From contig CAIVQB010000143.1 in the NCBI GenBank assembly GCA_903907925.1, forward strand, positions 7,154 through 71,153: DNA of 64,000 nucleotides, given 5' to 3'. The notes beneath the pieces are model-generated. The model was not told the DNA's origin. It saw only the letters and a list, made by a program, of their open reading frames with translations, and ran no database searches. The translations under genes and the position numbers were made by a program. Of this stretch, positions 19,449-30,902 are shown one piece after another. Every line of letters begins with the position of its first letter. The stretch's first letter is position 1. Source of the DNA: an uncultured Verrucomicrobiota bacterium (lineage in GTDB: Bacteria > Verrucomicrobiota > Verrucomicrobiia > Limisphaerales > UBA9464).

Positions 19449-21298
19449 AACGCGAACTCAACGCAGCGTCGGAGCCCGGTGCCCTCGCACCGGCCAACAT
19501 CGCCGGGTTTTCCGAACTGGACCGGCAGTTTGCTCAACTGCTGCAAACCCTGGCGACAACTCCCCATTCCGACCTCTTCCTCGCTGCCGCGCTGACCAGT
19601 CATCGCCGGGCCGAAGGTCACACCTGCCTTGATCTGGCCACGACGGCGGGATGTTTTCTTCACGAAGAGTTGCCGGAGGTCGAGGAGAGTGCCGCGAGGT
19701 TTCCTTCGCTCGACGTATGGGAAGAGATTCTTCGGCAGAGTGGTGTCGTCGGGCGGCCGGGAGATTTTTCACCGCTGATTCTCGATGACGCTCACCGTCT
19801 CTATCTCCACCGATACTGGCACTACGAACAGCGGCTGGCCGGATCGATCCGGAATCGCGCGCAGGAAACCATTCTCTGCGATCCGACAAAGCTCCGCGCG
19901 ATCCTCGACCGGTTGTTCCCCGGCGGCACGGATTCCATCGACTGGCAAAAGATCGCCGCCTTCACTGCGGCCACCCGGCGGTTGACCCTCATTACCGGCG
20001 GACCGGGAACCGGCAAGACTCGGACCGTGGTCTGGCTTCTCGCCGCCTTGCAAGAGCAGTCCGAGGACCTCCCGCTGCGAATCGCCTTGTGCGCACCCAC
20101 CGGCAAGGCGGCCGCGCGCATCGCCGAATCCATCCGCAAGGCGAAGACCGAACTGCCCTGCTCCGATGCGCTCAAATCCCGCTTGCCCGACGAAGCGACG
20201 ACCCTACACCGGTTGCTGGGGTCGATCGCAAACTCGGCCCGTTTCCGTCATGATGCCGCCAACCCACTCGCCGCGGATGTGGTGGTGGTGGACGAGGCCA
20301 GCATGGTCGACCTGGCGCTGATGGCCAAACTGTTGGACGCCTTGCGACCGGAGGCGCGATTGATCCTCGTGGGTGACAAGGATCAACTGGCCTCCGTTGA
20401 AGCGGGCAATGTTCTCGGTGAGCTCTGCGGCGCGGGTGCAGAACGGCAGCATTCGGTCGCGTTCGCCGAACAGGCCCGGCGCATGACCGGCATCCAGATT
20501 CCCAACGAACAAATCCAACCCACGGTTCCCGTGCTCGCCGACTGCATCGTTGAACTGAGGAAGAACTGGCGATTTGGATCGGCGGACGGACTCTCGCAAC
20601 TCAGCCGGGCGGTCAACGCCGGTGAGTCTGCCGAGGTGATGCAGCTCCTGCGCGGAGCGGGTTCCCTGTGGCGTCCCCTTCCACCAGCCCGACGATTGGA
20701 GTCCGAGCTTCGCGATCCGATTCTGGCGGAGTTCGGACCGGCCATACGGGGACGCGATCCCGCGACCGCCCTGGTGGCTTTGAATCGGTTTCGTATTCTT
20801 TCCGCGGTACGGCGGGGTCCGTTTGGCGTCGAACAATTAAACGCGCTCTGCGAACGCACTCTGGAACGTGAGGGATTCATTCAGAGGAACGGTCCGTGGT
20901 ATCCAGGTCGACCGGTCCTGATCACCCGAAACGATCCCGAGCTCCGATTGTTCAACGGCGATATCGGTGTGGCGTTGCCGGATGCATCGGGAAGTCTCCG
21001 GGTCTATTTCACTGATTCCGCCGGTGAGATTCGCGGTATTCCGACGGCGCGCCTTCCAGATCATGAGACCGCATTTGCGATGACAGTGCACAAAAGCCAG
21101 GGATCGGAATTCGACCGGGTTCTGCTGATGCTCCCCGATCGAGACAACCCCCTCCTGACGCGGGAATTGATCTACACCGGTCTCACCCGCGCGCGATCCA
21201 GCGTCGAACTCTGGGCCAACGAACCCATCCTGACCGCCGCCATCCAACGCCGTGTGGAGCGTGCCTCCGGCCTGCACGATGCCGTGTGGAATACATGA
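19445..21298 (+). CDS. recD: Exodeoxyribonuclease V alpha subunit RecD
   Basis: ATGA overlap with the recB stop. 617 aa with GGPGTGKT, VVVDEASMVD, LVGDKDQLASVEAG and MTVHKSQGSEF. Confidence 0.92.
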   Translation: MKRELNAASEPGALAPANIAGFSELDRQFAQLLQTLATTPHSDLFLAAALTSHRRAEGHTCLDLATTAGCFLHEELPEVEESAARFPSLDVWEEILRQSGVVGRPGDFSPLILDDAHRLYLHRYWHYEQRLAGSIRNRAQETILCDPTKLRAILDRLFPGGTDSIDWQKIAAFTAATRRLTLITGGPGTGKTRTVVWLLAALQEQSEDLPLRIALCAPTGKAAARIAESIRKAKTELPCSDALKSRLPDEATTLHRLLGSIANSARFRHDAANPLAADVVVVDEASMVDLALMAKLLDALRPEARLILVGDKDQLASVEAGNVLGELCGAGAERQHSVAFAEQARRMTGIQIPNEQIQPTVPVLADCIVELRKNWRFGSADGLSQLSRAVNAGESAEVMQLLRGAGSLWRPLPPARRLESELRDPILAEFGPAIRGRDPATALVALNRFRILSAVRRGPFGVEQLNALCERTLEREGFIQRNGPWYPGRPVLITRNDPELRLFNGDIGVALPDASGSLRVYFTDSAGEIRGIPTARLPDHETAFAMTVHKSQGSEFDRVLLMLPDRDNPLLTRELIYTGLTRARSSVELWANEPILTAAIQRRVERASGLHDAVWNT

Positions 21299-21307
21299 TC
21301 GCAAATT

Positions 21308-21609
21308 GGAGGGCCTGGTTCCACCCGCGCCCCATTTGCGTTTTTGAAGCGGGAAAGTCGGCCGCGGTTTCTCAGCACTGAGAATAGCCCAGGCGTTCAC
21401 GCCTGGGATACGCGCTCATCGAAGAAGTTGAGTCCCTTCGGGGACGGCAGAGTCTGTCGTCCCAACGGGACTTGCGTCATTTCTTCTCGGCCACCCCGGC
21501 CTGAAGTCCGGGGCTATTTTCGCGGAGACTTCGGTTCGCGGGTGGGTGCCGTGAAAATCCTTTCGCCCGGTTCGCGATGGATTGGGGCGCGGGTGGAACC
21601 GCGCCCTCC
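21308..21609. mobile_element. MITE-like structured repeat, copy A (~302 bp)
   Basis: The ends GGAGGGCCTGGTTCCACCCGCGCCCCA and TGGGGCGCGGGTGGAACCGCGCCCTCC are reverse complements (~29-bp TIR). The interior shares long identical blocks with copy B (e.g. GGGACGGCAGAGTCTGTCGTCCC, GGGACTTGCGTCATTTCTTC, CACCCCGGCCTGAAGT). No transposase. Confidence 0.7.
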
Positions 21610-21659
21610 ACCGTGCCGATGTTTCCACGGGTCATTCGGACGACGCGAAATCCCGCGCT

Positions 21660-22844
21660 TCAATGGGTCGGCGCGGGCCCATTCCCGTGAATGGAACTCA
21701 ACGCGTCGGTCGCCAACTGACGCAGCAACACCCGGGGATGATGGGTCATCCGTTCCAACGCGGGGACGGCGGCGGCGGCCGGTGGTCCAATCTCTGCCAA
21801 CGCCCGGAGGGACCCGAGCTGGGACCGTTGGACACCATGTTCGATGTCACAGGCCAGCGCTTCGATCATCGGTGGTGTCGTGGCCTTGCGGATGCGCCAC
21901 AACACCACGGCAGAGGCCCCGTGAAACATCTTGAGGTGCGGATCCGCCAGATCAGATTCGAGCTTCGGAACAGCGGCGTGCGCGGCGGGACCCAGGCGGG
22001 CGTACAAGCGGTGCGCGTAGTCACCCGTCCAGGCGGAGTTCGTTCGCTGCTGCTCCAGCATGCAGGCGACGGCTTCGTCGGCAAATTCCGGAGCGACAAA
22101 ACCGAGGGCGAAGGCCGCGTTGGGACGGACCTTCTTGTCCGGATCCGCGAGGTGCCGGCGCAGGATCGGCGCGGCGGCGCTCGCGTTCGTTCCATATCGC
22201 GCAATGGCCCGGGCCGCAAAGAGTCGGTCGTCTCCACGTTTTGTATCCAATCCAGCGATGAGGACTGGAATCAGCAATCCCGACGGAATCGTTCCAGCTC
22301 GGGCATCGATACTGGCGACTTGAATCCGCACCGAGTCGCTGGTCACGGCGAGCATGCGAGTAAGGTTGGAGATATAAGTCCCGTCCGGCGGGTGAATCTT
22401 GTTCCACGCAAACGATCGCATTTCAGCAGGATCAGAATAGGCGTAGTTGGTATAAATGCGGAAAACAGCGGGTTCCACGATACGAGCTCTTGGTCCGAGT
22501 AGTCCGAGGACCCGCAATGCCTGGGGTCGGCGGTCGGTCTGTCTGTAGACCGCCGATCTCATCCATTCTCTCGCAAGTGGAACATTCTGCCAGATCCAGG
22601 ATTCGGCAGGCTTCATCACACCTTCACCCCAATCCAGTTCCGCCGCGATCCGGCGAATGGCCCGATCATCGAGTGACGGAAGTTCGGCCTGAATGACCTC
22701 GTCCTCGATCGCCGCATCGGGAAGTGTGGGAGACAGCAGTGCCTCGATCCGCGGGTCAGGCCGCCTCTGCAGCCACAGCATCAGGAATAGGACCGCAAAA
22801 ACGGCAACCGTCCCGGCAACCATGCAGCGCCAGCGGGTGAACAT
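21660..22844 (-). CDS. Membrane-anchored HEAT-repeat protein
   Basis: ATG at 22844 gives MFTRWRCMVAGTVAVFAVLFLMLWL (N-terminal TM helix). HEAT-like repeats follow (DPDKKVRPNAAFALGFVAPE, LRALAEIGPPAAAAVPAL...). The TTG at 22901 is an alternative start. Confidence 0.7.
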   Translation of the reverse strand: MFTRWRCMVAGTVAVFAVLFLMLWLQRRPDPRIEALLSPTLPDAAIEDEVIQAELPSLDDRAIRRIAAELDWGEGVMKPAESWIWQNVPLAREWMRSAVYRQTDRRPQALRVLGLLGPRARIVEPAVFRIYTNYAYSDPAEMRSFAWNKIHPPDGTYISNLTRMLAVTSDSVRIQVASIDARAGTIPSGLLIPVLIAGLDTKRGDDRLFAARAIARYGTNASAAAPILRRHLADPDKKVRPNAAFALGFVAPEFADEAVACMLEQQRTNSAWTGDYAHRLYARLGPAAHAAVPKLESDLADPHLKMFHGASAVVLWRIRKATTPPMIEALACDIEHGVQRSQLGSLRALAEIGPPAAAAVPALERMTHHPRVLLRQLATDALSSIHGNGPAPTH

Positions 22845-22911
22845 GAGGCCACGATAGCCACGGAGCCCATCAGGTTCCACAACCAGGTGAAGAGCGTGCA
22901 AACCTCAGCGT

Positions 22912-23210
22912 GGAGGGCGCGGTTCCACGCGAGCCCCATCTACGTCTTTGTTGCGGGAAAGACGGCCGCGGTTCCTCGCGACATGGCCCAGGCGTTCACG
23001 TCTGGGTTGCAGGTTCACCGGGGAATTCGAGTCCCGACCGGGACGGCAGAGTCTGTCGTCCCTGGCGGGACTTGCGTCATTTCTTCCCCAACACCCCGGC
23101 CTGAAGTTCGGGGCTATTTTCGCAGCAGCCGCGGTGCGTGGGTTGCAAGCGGTAGAAATCCTCACGTCCGGTTCGCGATTGATTGGGGCGCGGGTGGAAC
23201 CGCGCCCTCC
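22912..23210. mobile_element. MITE-like structured repeat, copy B (~299 bp)
   Basis: Same TIRs as copy A (GGAGGGCGCGGTTCCACGCGAGCCCCA ... TGGGGCGCGGGTGGAACCGCGCCCTCC), same orientation, and roughly three-quarters identical to copy A by eye. Confidence 0.7.
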
Positions 23211-23233
23211 GATTTTACGGCCCGTTCGAAATG

Positions 23234-23256
23234 AAAAAACCCCGCCGGAGCGGGGC
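23234..23256 (-). terminator. Rho-independent terminator of rpoD
   Basis: On the minus strand: GCCCCGC-TCCG-GCGGGG followed by TTTTTT, about 25 nt after the rpoD stop. Confidence 0.75.
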
Positions 23257-23279
23257 TTTCGAAACTGGAAACCGAACTA

Positions 23280-25250
<1,971 letters not shown>

Positions 25251-25398
25251 AGGGTAGGACCGGGTGTCCCAGGCCGGACACGAGCGGGCCACTATCGAAA
25301 TGTCGGGGGTTCAAGTCAAGGGACGGAGTTGACGGATCATCGAAGCCGTTTCGGTCGGATCGGTCGATTCCGGGGAGGAAAACCGCTCCGCCGGGCGT

Positions 25399-26154
25399 TC
25401 AAAGGTGCCGAATCTGGCTGCGATACTTCCGAAGCAGGCGGTCGTTGTGGTCATCTCCCGAAGTGTTGCTGCTGATGAAAACCTCGGGTTGGCCGCCGTT
25501 TTCGACCACGTATTCCACCGCCTGGATGACGATCAGGTTGATGATGAGCATGCCGGTAATGCTGGACGGCGGACCCAGTCGATGAGGAAAACCGGGGATT
25601 TCCACCGACGCATCGCCGTCGACGCCGCAATTGTCGATCGCCATATCCGCCACCTCGGCCAGACGTTTTCCCGAGGCATGACGGGACGGCCAGCGAAAGG
25701 ACTGGGCCCGATTGGTGATCGCCACGGTGCGGAGTCCCCGCGCACGGGCTTCCAACGCCAGTTCGATCGGCACCGCGTTCCGACCGCCATTGGAAGCGAT
25801 CACCAGCACGTCGCCGGCCGCCACGGGATAGGCATTCAAAATCCGCGCGGCGTAACCCGTTTCGCGTTCCTTGTAGGTCGCTTCGATCGCGTTCTCGTGA
25901 AGCATCAGCGGTTCCTCGAGCATCGGCACGCCGCGCGCCAGTCCACCGGCGCGGTAGAAGATCTCCTCTGCGATCATGTGGGAATGTCCGGTCCCGAACG
26001 CGTAGAGAAACCGGTCGCCGCACAGCGCCTCCGAAACCCAGCGGGCGGCTTGTTCAATGGCGGAACGCTGGGTGAGGGCGACCTGGTCGAACTGGGATCG
26101 CGCGACGGTCACGAAGGAATCGTAGGCGGACATGGAGTAAAAGGACGTTGCCAA
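25399..26154 (-). CDS. SIS (sugar isomerase) domain protein, UPF0309-like
   Basis: 251 aa. FGTGHSHMIAEE and VIASNGGRNAVPIELA are typical SIS-domain phosphosugar-binding segments. Confidence 0.7.
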   Translation of the reverse strand: MATSFYSMSAYDSFVTVARSQFDQVALTQRSAIEQAARWVSEALCGDRFLYAFGTGHSHMIAEEIFYRAGGLARGVPMLEEPLMLHENAIEATYKERETGYAARILNAYPVAAGDVLVIASNGGRNAVPIELALEARARGLRTVAITNRAQSFRWPSRHASGKRLAEVADMAIDNCGVDGDASVEIPGFPHRLGPPSSITGMLIINLIVIQAVEYVVENGGQPEVFISSNTSGDDHNDRLLRKYRSQIRHL

Positions 26155-26217
26155 AAAGGCCGGCTGCGGATCATCCGAAGCCGGCCCAAATCAGAAGCCA
26201 GTCTTATCCGAGGCCGG

Positions 26218-27144
26218 CTATTTTGCGCCAGCGGCCTTGGCCTTGTCGGCCTCCGCCTTCTGAAGTTTATCGAGATCCGACTGCTTGAGCACTTCGATCT
26301 TGGCTCCCTTCTTCATCTCGTCGGCGCTGGGCACCTTGATGATGTCGCTGGTGACCGCGGGCGACGGAGGCGGGGTGTTCTTCGGCGGTTCCTGGATGCC
26401 GACCAGTTCGATTTCGAAGATGAGGGCGGAATTCGGACCGATCTTGCGCCCCTGACCCGTCGGGCCGTACGCCAGTTCGGCGGGAACGAACAACTGCCAC
26501 TTGGAGCCGACGGCCATCAACTGAAGCGCTTCGGTCCAGCCCTTGATCACCCGGTTGGCGGCGAACTTCGCGGGTTCACCGCGGGAATACGAACTGTCGA
26601 ACTCGGTGCCGTCGATCAAGGTGCCCTTGTACTGGGTCAGGACGACATCCGTGGCCTTGGGTTTGGCACCTTCACCCTGCTTGATCACCTTGTATTGAAG
26701 TCCGCTGGGAAGCGCGGTGACGCCGGGCTTCGACTTGTTGGCGGCGAGAAATTCTTCGCCGGCCTTCTTGTTCGTTTCGGCCTCCATCTTCCGCTTTTCC
26801 TCGGCGACCTTGCGCATCTCGCCCTGATAGGCCACGACGATTTTCCGCGCTTCCGGCGCGGTGATGAGTGCCGGTTTTCCAGTGAAGACCTCCTGGAATG
26901 CTTTCGCGAGCGCTTCTCCGTCGATGTCGTACCCGGCATTTCCCAGGTTGGTCTTCATGTCGGTGGCCAGCACCACTCCCATGGCGTAGGAGCGTTCGTC
27001 CTTGGGAGTGGCGAACTTGGACGCCGCCGGTGCGGCAGCCGTGGTCGCCAGGGCAGGAGTGGCAGGAGTCGCGGGCTTGGGGTCCTCGGCGAATGCCCCG
27101 AAGGAAACCAGGCCCGCCGCGATCAAGAACTTCGTGTGTTTCAT
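26218..27144 (-). CDS. FKBP-type peptidyl-prolyl cis-trans isomerase (Mip/FkpA-like), secreted
   Basis: Signal peptide MKHTKFLIAAGLVSFGAFA, an N-terminal dimerisation-type helical region, then the FKBP core (YKGTLIDGTEFDSSY...VIKGWTEALQLM...LIFEIELV). Confidence 0.88.
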   Translation of the reverse strand: MKHTKFLIAAGLVSFGAFAEDPKPATPATPALATTAAAPAASKFATPKDERSYAMGVVLATDMKTNLGNAGYDIDGEALAKAFQEVFTGKPALITAPEARKIVVAYQGEMRKVAEEKRKMEAETNKKAGEEFLAANKSKPGVTALPSGLQYKVIKQGEGAKPKATDVVLTQYKGTLIDGTEFDSSYSRGEPAKFAANRVIKGWTEALQLMAVGSKWQLFVPAELAYGPTGQGRKIGPNSALIFEIELVGIQEPPKNTPPPSPAVTSDIIKVPSADEMKKGAKIEVLKQSDLDKLQKAEADKAKAAGAK

Positions 27145-27314
27145 GATTAAAAAATGTTTCGCAACCCCTCCCGAGTGGGAGGTTCAGGCTGCGGAAACCC
27201 CGGGTTCCTAGCAGCAGATTTGCCGGAAGTCCAGTGGCGGCCATGCGCGAGCGGGCATTGGAATCGAACGCCGCACGGGGCTCCAAGGCCGCCTGGAGGC
27301 GGGACTCCGGCGGG

Positions 27315-27965
27315 TCAATCCCACTCCCGCTTCAATCGGACGAGGGCTCGGGCGCGGTGGCTGAGCTGGTTTTTAACCGATTCACCCAGCTCTGCAAACG
27401 AGACGGAATAACCCTCGGGAATGAACACCGGGTCATAGCCAAATCCGCCCCCGCCCGACCCCTGGCGCGCGATTCGTCCCTCACAAGCCCCGTCGAAATA
27501 ACGGGTTTGCGCCGCCAATTCGTCGGGTGAAGACCCCGGCTGTACCGGCGTCAATGCCAATGCGCAACGGAAGCGGGCGGTTCGACCGGCATCAGGCACG
27601 GCCTCAAGAAGCCGCAACACCTTGGCCGTATTCTCGGCATCCGGAGTATTCCCCCGCCGCCCATCGTCCAATCCGGCAAACCGCGCCGAGTACACCCCCG
27701 GTGCTCCGCCCAAGGCATCGACTTCCAACCCCGAATCATCGGCCAACACCCAACCGGCGCCCAGTGTGCAAACCTCGGTTCCAAAGAATGCCGCCCAGGT
27801 AACCGCCTTGATCAGGGCGTTTTCGGCGAAAGTCGCTCCGGTCTCGTCCGGATTCAGCACCGCGTTGGTGTCTTTTTGCGAAAAAAAAGAATACGACGCC
27901 CCCAGCACGGCCCGAATCTCCCCGACCTTGTGGGCGTTACCGGTGGCGATGAAGACGGTGCGCAT
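27315..27965 (-). CDS. rdgB: RdgB/HAM1 non-canonical purine NTP pyrophosphatase
   Basis: MRTVFIATGNAHKVGEI..., then ...GFGYDPVFIPEGY...ELG...KNQLSHRARAL. Classic HAM1 motifs. Confidence 0.9.
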   Translation of the reverse strand: MRTVFIATGNAHKVGEIRAVLGASYSFFSQKDTNAVLNPDETGATFAENALIKAVTWAAFFGTEVCTLGAGWVLADDSGLEVDALGGAPGVYSARFAGLDDGRRGNTPDAENTAKVLRLLEAVPDAGRTARFRCALALTPVQPGSSPDELAAQTRYFDGACEGRIARQGSGGGGFGYDPVFIPEGYSVSFAELGESVKNQLSHRARALVRLKREWD

Positions 27966-28121
27966 GGTCCGCGGAGCAAATCGGGAACCCGATCGGGAAT
28001 CCAGTCAAAGAGCGGGAGTTCATCCTGCCGCCCCACGCCACCGGCCTGCGAAGAATTGAAGAATTCCTTTTTGAACACCTTGCCCGCCACGGTGTCCGTG
28101 CGGCATACACGCGTTCGCCAA

Positions 28122-29108
28122 ATGAACTCAGTCACCGCACTCACTGCTGCCGTCCAGGAAGCCGGGGGATTCCTCAATCCTCTGTACACCGAAATCAACC
28201 GCTGCGTTGTCGGCCAGAAATACCTGGTCGAACGCCTGGTCATCGGACTTTTGGCCAATGGCCACGTCCTGCTCGAAGGTGTTCCCGGTCTGGCCAAGAC
28301 GCTCTCGGTCAAAACCCTGGCCACCGCACTTCACGTCCGCTTCAGCCGGATCCAGTTCACGCCGGACATGCTCCCCGCCGATGTCGTCGGCACCCAGGTC
28401 TACAATCCAGCCGCCGGCTCATTCTCCATCCGGCGCGGACCGGTGTTTGCCAACCTGGTCCTGGCCGATGAAATCAATCGCGCCCCGGCCAAGGTTCAAT
28501 CGGCACTGCTCGAAGCCATGCAGGAACGCCAGGTGACCATCGGCGACCAGACCTTTCCCCTGCCCGATCCCTTCCTGGTCCTCGCCACCCAGAACCCGAT
28601 CGAACAGGAAGGCACCTACGTCCTGCCCGAGGCGCAGGTCGACCGCTTCCTGCTCAAGCTCAAGATCGGTTACCCGTCGCGCGATGAGGAACGCCAGATC
28701 CTCGACCTGATGGCCCGCACCAGCGGACAACCCTCCGCCTCGGCGGTCGTGACCTCGGAGCAAATCTTGCGCGCCCGCGAAGTGATCAACGACCTCTACA
28801 TCGACGACAAGGTGAAGGACTACATCGTCGACGTGGTCTGCGCGACCCGTGATCCGGACGCCTACAAGATCAAGGTGAAGGAATTCATCCAATTGGGAGC
28901 GAGTCCGCGCGCCACCATCGGTTTGACCCTGGCGGCAAAGGCGCACGCCTTCATCCGCGGCCGCGGCTACGTGACGCCCCAGGACGTGAAGAGCATCGGT
29001 CTCGATGTCCTGCGCCATCGCGTGACGTTAACCTACGAGGCCGACGCCGAGGAAAAGACCGCCGAAGACATCGTCCAAAAGATCTTCGACGAACTCCCGG
29101 TGCCATGA
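28122..29108 (+). CDS. moxR: MoxR-family AAA+ ATPase
   Basis: ATG at 28122. VVGQKYLVERLVIGLLANGHVLLEGVPGLAKT (Walker A), LADEINRAPAKVQSALLEAMQE (Walker B/sensor). 328 aa. Confidence 0.92.
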   Translation: MNSVTALTAAVQEAGGFLNPLYTEINRCVVGQKYLVERLVIGLLANGHVLLEGVPGLAKTLSVKTLATALHVRFSRIQFTPDMLPADVVGTQVYNPAAGSFSIRRGPVFANLVLADEINRAPAKVQSALLEAMQERQVTIGDQTFPLPDPFLVLATQNPIEQEGTYVLPEAQVDRFLLKLKIGYPSRDEERQILDLMARTSGQPSASAVVTSEQILRAREVINDLYIDDKVKDYIVDVVCATRDPDAYKIKVKEFIQLGASPRATIGLTLAAKAHAFIRGRGYVTPQDVKSIGLDVLRHRVTLTYEADAEEKTAEDIVQKIFDELPVP

Positions 29109-29211
29109 TTTTCCGCCAGTGGAGACGGTGGCACGAGACTTCGGTCCCGCGCGCCGCACTCATCCCGACCCCGTACGCGAGACTATTGGCGACACCCGTC
29201 AGCATCGCCCG

Positions 29212-30168
29212 ATGATCCCGAAGGAACTCCTCAAGAAGATCCGCCAGATCGAGATCCGCACCAAGCGGCTCGTCAGCGAATCCCTCGCGGGCCAGTATCA
29301 TTCGGCCTTCAAGGGCCAGGGCATGGACTTCGATGAGGTCCGTGAATACCAGCCCGGCGACGAAGTGCGGGCCATCGACTGGAACGTCACCGCGCGGATG
29401 AATCATCCGTTCGTGAAGAAATTCCGCGAAGAACGCGAACTCACCGTAATGCTGGTGGTGGACCTCAGCGCTTCGGGTTTGTTTGGTTCCACCGACCAGT
29501 CGAAGCGGGAACTGGCCGCCGAGCTCGCCTCGGTCCTCGCCTTTTCCGCCATTCGCAACCAGGACAAGGTGGGACTCGTGCTCTTCTCGGAGGAGGTTGA
29601 AAAATACATCCCGCCCCGGAAGGGCCGCCGCCATGTGCTGCGGGTCATCCGCGACATCCTGTATTGCCAGCCGAAATGGCGCGGAACCTCGCTCAACGGG
29701 GCGCTGGAGTTCGTCAATCGCATCCTGCCCCATCGTTCGGTGGTGGTCGTGGTTTCTGATTTCCTCGGCGAAACACGTCCCAGCCGGGCGGCCATGATTT
29801 CGCATCTTCGCGGACGCGCCGTCCACAGCGAGACTCTGGGTCGGATGTCGGTGACCACTCTCCGGCAGACCAGCCGTCGACACGATCTGGTCGCGGTCCA
29901 GATCACCGATCCGTACGAACGGGTGCTGCCCGGTCTCGGTCGACTGGTCCTGCAGGACGCTGAAACCGGCGAACGGGTCGAGATCAACACCTCCGACGAA
30001 CGCCGACGGACGGCCTTTGCCCGGCGTCAGGTGAAGACCCAGGAGGAACTCGATCGCGTGTTCCGTGGTGCACGGGTGGATGCCATTCAGATTCACACCG
30101 ACCAACCGTACGACCGCGCGTTGGCTCAATTCTTCGACACCCGTGAAAAGCGGAGGCGCCACGGATGA
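29212..30168 (+). CDS. DUF58 domain protein (MoxR partner)
   Basis: ATG at 29212. GQYHSAFKGQGMDFDEVREYQPGDEVRAIDWNVTAR is the hallmark DUF58 motif. Confidence 0.9.
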   Translation: MIPKELLKKIRQIEIRTKRLVSESLAGQYHSAFKGQGMDFDEVREYQPGDEVRAIDWNVTARMNHPFVKKFREERELTVMLVVDLSASGLFGSTDQSKRELAAELASVLAFSAIRNQDKVGLVLFSEEVEKYIPPRKGRRHVLRVIRDILYCQPKWRGTSLNGALEFVNRILPHRSVVVVVSDFLGETRPSRAAMISHLRGRAVHSETLGRMSVTTLRQTSRRHDLVAVQITDPYERVLPGLGRLVLQDAETGERVEINTSDERRRTAFARRQVKTQEELDRVFRGARVDAIQIHTDQPYDRALAQFFDTREKRRRHG

Positions 30169-30902
30169 ACCATTCGAAGCCATCCTCCATCGCGAAACGC
30201 ATCGTCCGGTCGCACTTGTCGATGCCGGTTGGATTCGCGGCTGTGTTGGGATTCGTGTCGACGGCCCATGCGCTGACGGTGACGAATCGCCCCGCGGGCA
30301 CGTCGTCCGGAGCACCGACACCGCCGCAGTTTCTGCACGACATCCGGGACCCGGTGACCATCCAGACCCTCGCCACGTGGCTGGTCCGGATCCTGGTGAT
30401 CCTCATTCTGGGAGCCCTGTTGTGGTGGGCCTGGAATCGCTGGCGTCGTCGTCGCCCGACCATCGCCGCCCCGGCACCGCCGCCTCCCGACGCGCGTGCA
30501 CTGAAGCGTTTGACCGAGGCGTTGCAATGGATCGAACAACCGGAGCGCTTTTGCACCACGGTGTCCGAGATCCTGCGCACTTATCTTGAGGAACGCTTCG
30601 GATTGCGCGCACCGGAACGGACGACCGAGGAGTTCCTCTTCGAACTCCAGAACAGCATCAGTCTGGATCTGAAACACAAGCAGGTGCTGGGCGATTTTCT
30701 GACCCGTTGCGACCTGGTGAAGTTCGCCCGCGCCGAGCCCGGTCGGACCGAACTCGAGGACCTCCACGCGGCGGCCGTCCGGTTGGTCGAAGAATCCGCG
30801 CACCGCGTGGCGGCACCGCCCCTCCTGCCGACCCTCGCCGCGTCATCGTTGCCCGCACCGGCCAACCCGGCTCCGCCAAAACTGGAGGAACCACTGCCAT
30901 GA
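30165..30902 (+). CDS. DUF4381-like membrane protein of the bat operon
   Basis: ATGA overlap with the DUF58 gene. Single TM segment (WLVRILVILILGALLWWAW) followed by an LKRL...FLFEL...C DLVKFA type helical region. Its position between DUF58 and batA is typical. Confidence 0.65.
   Translation: MNHSKPSSIAKRIVRSHLSMPVGFAAVLGFVSTAHALTVTNRPAGTSSGAPTPPQFLHDIRDPVTIQTLATWLVRILVILILGALLWWAWNRWRRRRPTIAAPAPPPPDARALKRLTEALQWIEQPERFCTTVSEILRTYLEERFGLRAPERTTEEFLFELQNSISLDLKHKQVLGDFLTRCDLVKFARAEPGRTELEDLHAAAVRLVEESAHRVAAPPLLPTLAASSLPAPANPAPPKLEEPLP

Noticed and set aside
12568-21298. recC-recB-recD as a candidate unusual system
   Set aside because: Gene order, sizes, helicase and nuclease motifs and ATGA coupling are all canonical for RecBCD. 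I saw nothing atypical.
21344-21934. ORFs translated from the MITE-like elements (21344..21934, 22887..23234, 22948..23322) that share peptide segments such as PRPEVRGYF
   Set aside because: The peptide similarity simply reflects the repeated DNA. The frames are interrupted differently in the two copies and they overlap the elements' hairpins and TIRs.
21308-23210. Reading the two MITE-like copies plus the HEAT gene as a composite transposon
   Set aside because: There is no transposase, no matching target-site duplication at the outer ends, and the HEAT gene has ordinary host-like composition. The idea is kept only as something to test, not as a call.
27881-27888. A8/T8 homopolymer inside rdgB as a second potential phase-variation site
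   Set aside because: The tract is in frame (encodes ..SFFSQK..) and the RdgB sequence is intact on both sides. I note it only as a control showing that 8-nt runs can exist in intact genes here.
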